Positions 48,199 through 57,654 of a stretch of 64,000 nt of DNA are shown one piece after another (position 1 is the stretch's first letter; the number at the start of each line of letters is the position of its first letter). Position numbers and translations under genes: made by a program. The DNA comes from Candidatus Brevefilum sp. (lineage in GTDB: Bacteria; Chloroflexota; Anaerolineae; Anaerolineales; Anaerolineaceae): NCBI GenBank assembly GCA_035376985.1, contig DAOSSA010000004.1:24-64023 (forward strand). Direction: 5' to 3'. The notes under the pieces were generated by a model. The model did not search any database. It had not been told where the DNA came from and was given only the letters and a program-made list of their open reading frames with translations.

Positions 48199-50409
48199 AT
48201 GGCATATATTGGTAAATCTGTAACACGGATTGATGTCAGAGACAAAGTTACGGGAGAAGCACTTTACCCCGCTGACTTTTCGCTGCCAGACCAGGCATAT
48301 ATGAAAATTCTATTTGCAGGGAGACCTCACGCAGTGGTCAAAGCGATCGACACAACTGCGGCAGAAGCCATGCCCGGCGTTCTGGCTGTATTGACGGCAA
48401 AGGATGTGCCGGTGAACGAATACGGGCTAGGAACGAACGATCAGCCTGTTTTGTGTGGACCGGGGTCATCCAAACCCTTCGCGGATCGGGTACGGTTTGT
48501 GGGAGACCAGGTGGCGCTGGTTCTGGCTGACACTGAGCAGATTGCAGCTGAAGCTTGCAAGAAGATCGTCGTTGACTATGAAGATCTGCCGGTGTTTGAT
48601 TCGCCAGAGGCTGCCATGGTGGATGATGCCGTCTTGCTGCATCCGGATCATGGGTCAAATGTTATTCTTGAATATCAAATCTTGCATGGTGATGTGGAAT
48701 CCGCATTTGGCGATTGCGATGTAATTGTAGAATGCGAGTATCACACACCAATGCAGGAGCATGCATATCTGCAGCCTGAAGCCGGGGTCAGTTATTTCGA
48801 CGAGGAAGGACGGGTCACGGTTGTTGTGGCCGGTCAATGGACACATGAAGATCGAAACCAAATTGCCCATTCGCTGGACCTTCCCCTTGACCGGGTGCGG
48901 GTGATATACCCGGCGATTGGCGGCGCATTTGGCGGTCGTGAGGATATGTCGGTGCAGATTGTACTGGCGTTAGCTGCTAAATATTTACATGACCGGGGGA
49001 TCAACCGTCCGGTAAAAGTCGTCTGGAGCCGAGAAGAATCGATCATTGGTCATCACAAGCGCCACGCCTACAAACTGGTTGCTAAATGGGGTGCCACAAA
49101 AGATGGGAAGATCATCGCTGCCCAGGTGGATGTGACGGCTGATGGCGGCGCGTATGTGTACACATCGAACAAAGTGCTTGGCAACGCTACATTGATGAGC
49201 ATCGGCCCCTATGAGATTCCCAACGTGCAGGTGAATTCGAGGGCAGTGTATACGAACAACGTTCCAGGGGGCGCATTTCGCGGATTTGGCGGACCGCAAG
49301 GGGTGTTTGAGGCGGAAATGCAGGTCAATCGCCTGGCAGAAGCTTTGGGTATGGACCCGGTTGAGTTGAGAATGCGCAATTTGATTGAAGACGATTCGAT
49401 TTTGTGCACCAATACCAAGCCACCCAAGGGCGTGACGATTAAACCCGTGTTGGAAGTTTGTGCAACCAGGGCTGGCTGGGCTAACACGGACACAGGCTGG
49501 AACGCGCCGGCGAAAATGGGTTCCACAGATGCCCTGAAACGCGGCCGCGGCTTGGCGGTTGCTTTCAAGAATATTGGTTTTTCATTTGGTGCAAAGGAAA
49601 ATTGCCATGCAAAAATTGAATTGCATGGAAAAACAGAGATTGAGCGCGTTGTGTTATATCACGCTGGTGCAGAGGTGGGCCAGGGTGCGCACACAATTTT
49701 CAAGCAGTTCGCTGCTGAAGCTCTGAATGTTCCGCTGGAGAAAATCGAAACGGAGTATTCAGATACAGCTTTTACCGGAGATGCAGGCAGTGTTTCAGCA
49801 TCACGAATGACCTTTATGGCGGGTAACGCGATTAAGGGAGCGGCAGATTTAGCTCTGGAGAAATGGGCAGCAGAAGAACGGCCTGCAATCGGTGATTATG
49901 TCTATTTTGCACCTCCAACCTCACGTTATGCACCTGTTACCGGGGAGTGTTATCCAAATATTTCTTATGGTTATGTGACAGAAGTGGTTGAGCTGGAAGT
50001 GGATACAGAATCTGGCAATGTCCGGATATTGAAGATCTATTGTGCGGACGATGTCGGTAAGGCGATTAACCCGATGCAAGTTGTCGGTCAGATTGAAGGT
50101 GCACTGGTCCAGGCGGTGGGATATGCAGTCCTGGAAAACTTCATCCACAAGGGTGGATACGTCCAAACCAATTTGTTGTCGAATTATTTAATTCCCACGG
50201 TGTTGGATATCCCGGATGAAATTGAATCAATCGTCCTGGAATACGCTGAACCCAACGGCCCATATGGTGCACGGGGTATGGCTGAGATGCCTTTTCTGCC
50301 ATTAGCACCAGCGGTGATGCATGCGATGTATGATGCGACCGGTGTGTGGTTCCACGAATTTCCCCTCACGCCGGAACGGGTGCTGCGGGGTTTGGGAAAA
50401 ATAAAATGA
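48199..50409 (+). CDS. xanthine dehydrogenase/purine hydroxylase molybdopterin-binding subunit
   Basis: QEHAYLQPE, IGGAFGGR, GAFRGFG, SASRMT, GQIEGA, GARGMAE. Confidence 0.92.
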   Translation: MAYIGKSVTRIDVRDKVTGEALYPADFSLPDQAYMKILFAGRPHAVVKAIDTTAAEAMPGVLAVLTAKDVPVNEYGLGTNDQPVLCGPGSSKPFADRVRFVGDQVALVLADTEQIAAEACKKIVVDYEDLPVFDSPEAAMVDDAVLLHPDHGSNVILEYQILHGDVESAFGDCDVIVECEYHTPMQEHAYLQPEAGVSYFDEEGRVTVVVAGQWTHEDRNQIAHSLDLPLDRVRVIYPAIGGAFGGREDMSVQIVLALAAKYLHDRGINRPVKVVWSREESIIGHHKRHAYKLVAKWGATKDGKIIAAQVDVTADGGAYVYTSNKVLGNATLMSIGPYEIPNVQVNSRAVYTNNVPGGAFRGFGGPQGVFEAEMQVNRLAEALGMDPVELRMRNLIEDDSILCTNTKPPKGVTIKPVLEVCATRAGWANTDTGWNAPAKMGSTDALKRGRGLAVAFKNIGFSFGAKENCHAKIELHGKTEIERVVLYHAGAEVGQGAHTIFKQFAAEALNVPLEKIETEYSDTAFTGDAGSVSASRMTFMAGNAIKGAADLALEKWAAEERPAIGDYVYFAPPTSRYAPVTGECYPNISYGYVTEVVELEVDTESGNVRILKIYCADDVGKAINPMQVVGQIEGALVQAVGYAVLENFIHKGGYVQTNLLSNYLIPTVLDIPDEIESIVLEYAEPNGPYGARGMAEMPFLPLAPAVMHAMYDATGVWFHEFPLTPERVLRGLGKIK

Positions 50410-51227
50410 AACCGTTTGTGCTCATCCGGGGCGGCGGCGACCTGGCAAGCGGGGTTGCGATTCGATTGCATCGGGTGGGCATTCCTGTTTTAATTGTTGA
50501 AACCAACCAACCAACGGCCGTGCGGCGTTCAGTTGCCTTTGCACAGGCAGTTTATGATGGTGAAGCATTGATCGAAGGCACAGCCGGACGATTGATCGGA
50601 TATCCAGAAGAGATGCTGTCTTGCTGGAACGAGGGCACGGTGCCGGTCATGGTTGACCCCGAACTGGAATTGATTTCAGTTTTCAAACCATTGGTGATTG
50701 TTGATGGGCGGATGCGAAAAACCAGCCAGGTTCTTTCCCTGGATATGGCGCAACTGGTGGTTGGGTTGGGACCGGGATTTACAGCGGGTGAGAACTGCCA
50801 TGCAGCGATTGAAACTAATCGAGGACATTTTCTGGGACGGGTTTACTGGCAGGGCAGTCCGCAAGCAAATACCGGCATCCCAGGGGAGGTTGAGGGTTAT
50901 ACTCGGGAGCGGGTGTTGTATGCCCCGACTGATGGAATTGTTCAGACCCTGGTTGATTTTAGCGACCATGTGCAGCCAGGTGACCCGGTGATTACTATCG
51001 GAAATCAGACCATAAAGGCGTCTCTTGCGGGCCTTGTGCGTGGGCTGATCCACCCGGGTATTTGGGTTAAGCAAGGCACAAAGGTAGCCGATATTGATCC
51101 GCGAACTGAAGATTTTCGCTGCTGGACAGTTTCAGAAAAAGCCCTGGCGATAGGCGGTGGGGTTTTGGAGGCAATTTTGACCCAACCTGAAATTCGTGCT
51201 TCCCTGTGGAATGAACTGGACCAATGA
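50406..51227 (+). CDS. yqeB: selenium-dependent molybdenum hydroxylase system protein YqeB (EF2563 family)
   Basis: VLIRGGGDLASGVA, AVRRSVAF, LGPGF, ETNRGH.LG, GTKVADIDPR, SEKALAIGGGVLEA. Confidence 0.92.
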   Translation: MKPFVLIRGGGDLASGVAIRLHRVGIPVLIVETNQPTAVRRSVAFAQAVYDGEALIEGTAGRLIGYPEEMLSCWNEGTVPVMVDPELELISVFKPLVIVDGRMRKTSQVLSLDMAQLVVGLGPGFTAGENCHAAIETNRGHFLGRVYWQGSPQANTGIPGEVEGYTRERVLYAPTDGIVQTLVDFSDHVQPGDPVITIGNQTIKASLAGLVRGLIHPGIWVKQGTKVADIDPRTEDFRCWTVSEKALAIGGGVLEAILTQPEIRASLWNELDQ

Positions 51228-52570
51228 ACCTGAGGCTGGCGCTCGGATTAACTGGTGTTGAGACGATTGCCTTTACAGGCGCTGGCGGGAAGACCAGCGC
51301 CATGGCAACCCTGGCTATGGAACTGCCACCGCCTGTTGTGATGATCACTACCACGCACCTGGGAAAGTGGCAAGAAGGCATCGCCCAGCAGCATATCATT
51401 ATCACATCGCCTGATGCTTTGAAGAAAAGTGACTTGTTGGGCTTGAAGACGATCCTGGTCACCGGACCTCCCGGTAAAGATGAACGCTGGGGAAGCCTTA
51501 ACCCGGAATCGCTTGAGAAACTATCCCGGATATGCCGTGAAAACGAGGTGCCCTTGCTGATTGAAGCGGATGGCGCTCGTCAATGCCCGCTTAAAGCGCC
51601 TGCAGATTACGAACCGGTGATTCCATCCTGGGTTGACCGGGTGGTGGTTATGGCCGGGCTGGGCGGCCTAAGAAGACGATTGAGTGCGGATACGGTACAC
51701 AGGCCGGAGTTGTTTTCGCAAATAGCCGGTCTGGCGATGGGGGAGGAAATCAAAGTTGAGCATGTGGAACGAGTGTTGCGCTCAACTTCGGGTGGCTTAA
51801 AAGGGACACCGGTTGGGGCGCGCCGAATTTTGTTCTTGAACCAGGCAGAGGATTCGGTTCGGAAAGCCCAGGGGAACAGGCTGGCTAATGCACTTGAGGA
51901 TGTTTACCAGCGGGTGCTGATTGGTTCGCTGGCACAGCCAGAAGCGGACGGACCGGTGTTCAGTGCGCACAGCCAAACGGCTGGTATTATCCTCGCTGCT
52001 GGTGGAAGTGAGCGATTGGGAGTTCCCAAACAGTTTTTAGATTGGTGCGGAAAACCGTTTATCGTCCAGGTGGCGCAAACTGCGCTAACGGCTGGATTAT
52101 CCCCGATGGTCGTGGTTACCGGTGCCCGCCAGACTGAAATAGAGACAGGTTTGGCAAATCTACCGGTCAGGTGTGTGTATAACCCTGAATGGGCGTCGGG
52201 GCAAGCATCATCGCTGAAGGTTGGCTTGAAATCCCTGCCCGACCATTGTGATTGCGCCATGTTTTTGCTCAGCGATCAGCCACAAATTACATCGCACCTG
52301 GTCCGTCAGTTAATTGAGCGGCATCATGCGGTGCGTGCACCGATTACCGCTCCGATGATCCGCGAGCGTCGGGGAAACCCGGTGCTGTTTGCCAGGCAAA
52401 CTTTTGGCGCGTTACGGGAAGTCAGCGGCGATCAGGGCGGGCGAGCCATATTTAACGCTTTTAAAGTTGACTATCTCCCCTGGGTTGATGAGCGTGCCCA
52501 GCTGGATGTTGACCAGGACAGCGACCTGAATAACCTGATCGAGCAGTATTTTGGTGGGCAAGCAAATTAA
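51224..52570 (+). CDS. yqeC: YqeC fused to a MocA-like molybdenum cofactor cytidylyltransferase
   Basis: GAGGKT, LIEADGA...PLKAP (YqeC), then ILAAGGSERLG..K, GQASS, LSDQP, DVD (NTP_transf_3). Confidence 0.9.
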   Translation: MNLRLALGLTGVETIAFTGAGGKTSAMATLAMELPPPVVMITTTHLGKWQEGIAQQHIIITSPDALKKSDLLGLKTILVTGPPGKDERWGSLNPESLEKLSRICRENEVPLLIEADGARQCPLKAPADYEPVIPSWVDRVVVMAGLGGLRRRLSADTVHRPELFSQIAGLAMGEEIKVEHVERVLRSTSGGLKGTPVGARRILFLNQAEDSVRKAQGNRLANALEDVYQRVLIGSLAQPEADGPVFSAHSQTAGIILAAGGSERLGVPKQFLDWCGKPFIVQVAQTALTAGLSPMVVVTGARQTEIETGLANLPVRCVYNPEWASGQASSLKVGLKSLPDHCDCAMFLLSDQPQITSHLVRQLIERHHAVRAPITAPMIRERRGNPVLFARQTFGALREVSGDQGGRAIFNAFKVDYLPWVDERAQLDVDQDSDLNNLIEQYFGGQAN

Positions 52571-52760
52571 TCAATCAAAGGCGCAGACCTTTTAAATCTT
52601 AATAGCTGTTTGGTGTTATTACTCACGAACGGGTAAAATGGAGCAGGTGGATGATCTGGAGAATTGTTTTTGATTGAACAGGGCTAAGGTTGCTGTTTGT
52701 TCTTCCTGATCTCGCCAGATGATAAAAAAATTATAAAGACTTTTGAGAGGATGCATATCG

Positions 52761-53798
52761 ATGTCAATTGCGACCGAAAAAGATGTTTTGAAGGCACTCA
52801 GCCAGGTGCAGGACCCGGAATTACGGCGAGACCTGGTTTCTTTAAATATGATTAAAGATATCAAAATCACCGGCAGCAAGGTAGCGCTAACCGTAGAACT
52901 GACCACGCCTGCCTGCCCATTGAAGAACCAAATCCAAAGAGATGTTGAAAACGCGGTTTTAGCGCTGGAGGGTGTTGAATCGGTCGAGGTCAACATGGGA
53001 GCACGGGTGCCTGAGGATAAAAAGATTACTGATTTGGCGATCAAAAATATTATCGCGGTTGGCTCGGGCAAGGGAGGGGTCGGCAAGTCTACCGTGGCGG
53101 TGAACATGGCTGTTGCCCTGGTGCAATGCGGCGCAAAGGTTGGTTTACTGGATGCTGATATTTACGGGCCGAATGTTCCCAAAATGATGGGTGTGCATAC
53201 CCTTCCGCCCACACCGCAGGACAAGAAGATTCAACCGGCAGAGGCGTTTGGTGTTAAGGTGATGTCGATTGGCTTCATGGTCGGCGAGGGTCAACCGCTA
53301 ATCTGGCGCGGACCGCTGCTGCACTCGGCAATCAAGCAATTTTTGCAGGATGTGGATTGGGGCGAGCTGGACTACCTGATCGTTGATCTGCCGCCGGGAA
53401 CCGGTGATGTTCAACTCTCGTTGGTGCAGACCGTGCCATTAAGTGGCGGTGTGATTGTCACCACGCCTCAGCAGGTTTCTCTCGATGATGCTGCCCGAGC
53501 AGTATCGATGTTTAATAAAATGGAGGTGCCGATTTTGGGCATCGTTGAGAATATGAGCTACTTGCAAATGGAGGATGGCTCTGTGCGGCGCTTGTTTGGC
53601 GAAGGCGGCGGAGAACAACTGGCTGGATGGGCAAAGGCACCCCTTTTAGCCAACATTCCCATCGAGGAAAGCGTACGTGAAGGCGGCGATACGGGCGTAC
53701 CAGTGGTCGTCCGAGATCCGAATTCAGCCAGTGCAAAGGTGCTGATGGGTTTGGCGATGTCGGCTGCTGCGCGAATGAGCATGGTTGTGCTCGGTTAA
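52761..53798 (+). CDS. mrp: Mrp/NBP35 iron-sulfur cluster carrier ATPase with N-terminal DUF59 domain
   Basis: DPEL, LTTPACP, GSGKGGVGKST, DADIYGP, WRGP, DLPPGTGD. Confidence 0.95.
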   Translation: MSIATEKDVLKALSQVQDPELRRDLVSLNMIKDIKITGSKVALTVELTTPACPLKNQIQRDVENAVLALEGVESVEVNMGARVPEDKKITDLAIKNIIAVGSGKGGVGKSTVAVNMAVALVQCGAKVGLLDADIYGPNVPKMMGVHTLPPTPQDKKIQPAEAFGVKVMSIGFMVGEGQPLIWRGPLLHSAIKQFLQDVDWGELDYLIVDLPPGTGDVQLSLVQTVPLSGGVIVTTPQQVSLDDAARAVSMFNKMEVPILGIVENMSYLQMEDGSVRRLFGEGGGEQLAGWAKAPLLANIPIEESVREGGDTGVPVVVRDPNSASAKVLMGLAMSAAARMSMVVLG

Positions 53799-53841
53799 CG
53801 CTTTTTTTGGTCAAGACCTTGCTGTGCTATAATTTTAAATC

Positions 53842-54849
53842 ATGAGTGAACCGTTTATTATTAGCGTTCAATTCGAATCAGTCGGGAAAAATTATTATTT
53901 TGATGCTTCCCGCTATCCGGATCTTCAACCTGGCGACCCGATTGTGGTCCGAACCAGCCGGGGTCTCCAGCTGGCAAATATCACCCAAATCAATTTGGCA
54001 GTCGATGACCTTGAACTTAATGGCTTTAAAGCCATTGAACGACCAGCCACCCCGCAGGACCTATTGCAAAGCAAGACTCTGGCAATCCGAGAACAGGAAA
54101 TCGTTGAAGAAATACGCGCTCATCTGGCTGGACAAGGATTGAGCGCGGTCAAGGTTCTCTCTGCAGAATTTACACTGGATGGTGACCGTTTGTACGTGCT
54201 TATCAATATCGAACCAGCGGTGACTGTGAACGCAAAAAGGCTGCAGCAGGACATCAAACAAATGGTCAAAGGTGTTGAAGTTGACTTGCGCCAGATTGGC
54301 CCGCGCGACGCAGCAAAACTGATCGGGGGTTTAGGGGCTTGCGGCCTGGAATTGCGCTGCTGTTCGAAATTCTTAACAGAATTTGCGTCGATCTCAATTC
54401 GGATGTCCAAAGCACAGGATATCTCGCTGACCCCCTCTGAGATTACTGGAATGTGTGGCCGACTGCGATGCTGTTTGATTTATGAATATGATCAGTACGT
54501 CGAAGCGATTAAGACTCTGCCGAAACGAAAACGGAAGGTGATCACACCTGTGGGCGAGGGAAAAGTTGTGCAGATCTTACCCTTACGGCAGTCGGTCATT
54601 GTGGATATTCCCCAAATTGGGCCGCGTGAATTCTCGAAGGAGGCGCTTGATCGCGCCCAGCGGATCGCAGATGGTCAAGAGGTTGAACCGCTGCCTGAGG
54701 AATTACCACAGGAGGAGCCGGTTTCCATTTGGCTTGAGGACCAGGCTGTGGAGAACGAAGCGCCAGAAACTAAAAGATCAGACATTAAATCAGGTTCAAG
54801 GCAACGGCGAGGTCGAAAAGCCCGCCGAGTGGGGGGCCAGAAGAAGTAA
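53842..54849 (+). CDS. PSP1-domain protein (RicT/YaaT family)
   Basis: RQIGPRD, GACGLELRCC, GMCGRLRCCL.YE. Confidence 0.88.
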   Translation: MSEPFIISVQFESVGKNYYFDASRYPDLQPGDPIVVRTSRGLQLANITQINLAVDDLELNGFKAIERPATPQDLLQSKTLAIREQEIVEEIRAHLAGQGLSAVKVLSAEFTLDGDRLYVLINIEPAVTVNAKRLQQDIKQMVKGVEVDLRQIGPRDAAKLIGGLGACGLELRCCSKFLTEFASISIRMSKAQDISLTPSEITGMCGRLRCCLIYEYDQYVEAIKTLPKRKRKVITPVGEGKVVQILPLRQSVIVDIPQIGPREFSKEALDRAQRIADGQEVEPLPEELPQEEPVSIWLEDQAVENEAPETKRSDIKSGSRQRRGRKARRVGGQKK

Positions 54850-54881
54850 GCCCCTTTCCTGTTCAAAAGGGATATGATCTT

Positions 54882-55610
54882 GTGGAAACGAATGAAAACT
54901 GGCACACAACCAAAAATATCCTCGTCGTTTTAGCACATCCGGATGATCCGGAATTTTTTCTGGCTGGATCGATTGCCCGGTGGATTAAAGCCGGGCACCG
55001 CGTGCGCTATGTTTTGTTGACCAGAGGCGACAAGGGCTCCAATGACCCGCAGCTAACCGCGGGGCAAATTGCCAAAATTCGCATCGATGAACAGAGAGCA
55101 GCAGCTAAATTTTTAGGTGTGATCTCAGTTGACTTCCTGGATTATGAGGATGGTTACCTGATTCCTGACCTTGAGATGCGAGAAGCCATTGTGCGTTTCA
55201 TCCGTAAGTACCGCCCGCAAATTCTCGTAAGCTGTGATCCCGAAAACCTCTTTCCCAGCCAGCAGTATGTTAACCATCCCGATCATCGCGCAGTAGGGCA
55301 GGTCGTGGTGGATGCGGTTTTTCCAGCAGCAGGCAACCGGTTTTTCTTCCCGGAGCTGCTGGAGGAAGGCTATGAACCCCACGAAGTCGAAGAGCTGTGG
55401 ATGAGCCTGACGGGTAAACCGGATGTCAAGCTGGATGTCACTGCGCATTGGAATGATAAACTGCAGGCTTTGAAATTGCACGCCTCGCAGATTGGTGACC
55501 CGCGGGCCTTTGAAAAACGGATGCTCGAACGGGCGAATAACCATCAGGGCAAAGATTTTTATGTCGAAGAGGGGTTTCGGCGAATTATTTTCAGGAGGAC
55601 GTCAGGATGA
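54882..55610 (+). CDS. PIG-L family deacetylase
   Basis: AHPDD, HPDH, HASQ motifs. Confidence 0.9.
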   Translation: METNENWHTTKNILVVLAHPDDPEFFLAGSIARWIKAGHRVRYVLLTRGDKGSNDPQLTAGQIAKIRIDEQRAAAKFLGVISVDFLDYEDGYLIPDLEMREAIVRFIRKYRPQILVSCDPENLFPSQQYVNHPDHRAVGQVVVDAVFPAAGNRFFFPELLEEGYEPHEVEELWMSLTGKPDVKLDVTAHWNDKLQALKLHASQIGDPRAFEKRMLERANNHQGKDFYVEEGFRRIIFRRTSG

Positions 55611-56788
55611 CCATTTTGGACAAGGCTTTCAATCTGCGCGAGGAAACGATCGCCAGGCGGCGTGATTTTCATCAAAACCCGGAACTGGCGTTCAATGAAG
55701 TTCGCACAGCTCAAATTGTAGCCCAAGAGCTGCGGGATTTGGGATTGGAGGTGACCACCGGGATTGCCAAAACCGGCGTGATTGGACTGCTGCACGGTAC
55801 TGCCGAGGCGCCTGTGCTGGGATTGCGCTTTGATATGGACGCGTTGCCAATCCAGGAAGAGACCGGAGCGCCTTACGCCTCTCTGGTGCCGGGGAAGATG
55901 CATGCCTGCGGGCACGACTGTCACACCGCTGTGGGCTTAAGCGTAGCTAAGCTTCTGGCTGCTCATAAGGATGAGCTGCAGGGGACGATCAAGTTTATAT
56001 TCCAACCGGCGGAGGAGATGGATGGTGGGGCGGCGCACATGATTGCAGAAGGCGCCCTGGAAAACCCGAGCCTGGATTACATCATGGGCTTTCATGTATG
56101 GAACGAGCTACCAATCGGTTCATATGGGCTCGTCCCGGGCCCGATGATGGCAGCATCTGAGATCTTTAATGTGAAGATCAGCGGGAAGGGCGGTCACGGC
56201 GCGCAGCCACATGTTACGCGAGACCCGATACTGGCTGCGGCTCACATCATCACTGCGCTGCAATCGATTGTTTCCCGCAATGTCAACCCGCTGGATACGG
56301 CAGTAGTATCCGTCTGCCAGGTTGAAGCGGGTACAGCCAATAATATCATCCCGCAAGAAGCGCTATTAACCGGAACATTGCGCGCCTTCAAACCTGAGGT
56401 GATGGCGAATGTAAAAGAACGCTTCAGGACGATTATCATCGAAATAGCGGGCACGATGGGCTGCCAGGCCGAGATTGAATTAATCACGGTCACTGAACCG
56501 GTGATCAACGACGCGGCGTTAGTAGCACTGATGACCGAGATTGCCCTGGAAATTCACCCGGATGCAAAGATTGTGACGAACATGCAAACCATGGGAGGCG
56601 AAGATTTCTCGCTGATGATGAAAAAGGCTCCCGGCTGTTTTATGATGGTGGGATCAGCTAACCCCGAGCTCGGTTTGAATTATGGGCATCATCACCCAAA
56701 ATTTGATGTGGATGAGTCGTGCCTGCCTTATGCTGTGGCAATCATGGCGCAGGGCGCAATAAAGGTTTTAGAGCGCCGTCCAGGTTAA
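55607..56788 (+). CDS. M20D-family amidohydrolase
   Basis: RRDFHQNPELAFNE, DMDALP, MHACGHD, FQPAEE, EDFS, HHPKF. Confidence 0.93.
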   Translation: MTILDKAFNLREETIARRRDFHQNPELAFNEVRTAQIVAQELRDLGLEVTTGIAKTGVIGLLHGTAEAPVLGLRFDMDALPIQEETGAPYASLVPGKMHACGHDCHTAVGLSVAKLLAAHKDELQGTIKFIFQPAEEMDGGAAHMIAEGALENPSLDYIMGFHVWNELPIGSYGLVPGPMMAASEIFNVKISGKGGHGAQPHVTRDPILAAAHIITALQSIVSRNVNPLDTAVVSVCQVEAGTANNIIPQEALLTGTLRAFKPEVMANVKERFRTIIIEIAGTMGCQAEIELITVTEPVINDAALVALMTEIALEIHPDAKIVTNMQTMGGEDFSLMMKKAPGCFMMVGSANPELGLNYGHHHPKFDVDESCLPYAVAIMAQGAIKVLERRPG

Positions 56789-57079
56789 GATTGCCCTGGC
56801 AGACAGATGCTGGAAGAACATGAGAGGGTGATTTGCTGATTATTTGGAGAATGATCCTGAATCCCCTGTGATAAACCGGAGACTGTGGAGGTAGCTTGGG
56901 GAATATAATATAATGATTGTCCCCTATTTGATCAAATTGCAATATAATTAAGCAGGTATGCAGGTTTCGTCAACTCCATAGATAATCTATGGAAGGTTGG
57001 CAGCCACTTTAGTATACTATGAGTAAGTGACTGCGTTGGTCACACATGATTGGTCTACAATGTAGAAACAGGAGGAACA

Positions 57080-57601
57080 ATGAGTGATATTTTAAGTCAG
57101 GTAACCGGGCAGCAAGATTTTTTGAAAAAGATCCTGGCGAAGATCCCGGGCTTTAAAGGCTATATCGAGCGCGGCGACAGGCGGATGTCGGATAAGCTGT
57201 TGCGCGAGAAGATCGCTGATGAGTTTGACACCCTCAACCAGCGTGTGTCGAGCCTTCAGCGCGAAATGGTCGACCAGGGCGAGCTTGCAGCAGTAGGCAG
57301 CCTGGAGAACGCGGCGATCAAACTGCGCCAGTTTACCGACAGGATACGAACTGCGTCCTACGGCTATGCCGGCATCTTTGATGCGATCAAGATCAAGGAA
57401 GAACAGCTCGACCAAGTCTATCAATACGATTACGCTCTGCTGGAACTTTCTGAAAGCGTGGGGTCGGCCATTGACAATGTGGAAACCTCTATCGGAACGG
57501 AAGGCCAGGATGCAGCCATCCGCCACCTGGTCACCGTCAGCCAGCAGTGTGTGGATGCCTTTAACAAGCGGACCGAAGTGATGCAAGGCATCGCAGATTA
57601 G
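57080..57601 (+). CDS. conserved hypothetical helical protein
   Basis: Strong SD (AGGAGG); KIPGFKGY..R..RR..DKLLR pattern; co-transcribed with the SPFH gene. Confidence 0.6.
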   Translation: MSDILSQVTGQQDFLKKILAKIPGFKGYIERGDRRMSDKLLREKIADEFDTLNQRVSSLQREMVDQGELAAVGSLENAAIKLRQFTDRIRTASYGYAGIFDAIKIKEEQLDQVYQYDYALLELSESVGSAIDNVETSIGTEGQDAAIRHLVTVSQQCVDAFNKRTEVMQGIAD

Positions 57602-57654
57602 CCGACGCAGGCTAGATTGTTATTTGTCTGGATAAAGGATTGGAGTGAATAAAT

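Noticed and set aside
55607-56788. M20 amidohydrolase and PIG-L deacetylase as downstream steps of the purine/F420 pathway
   Set aside because: They are separated from the operon by mrp and ricT, which have their own promoter signals; the M20 looks like the generic M20D type, not clearly YgeY.
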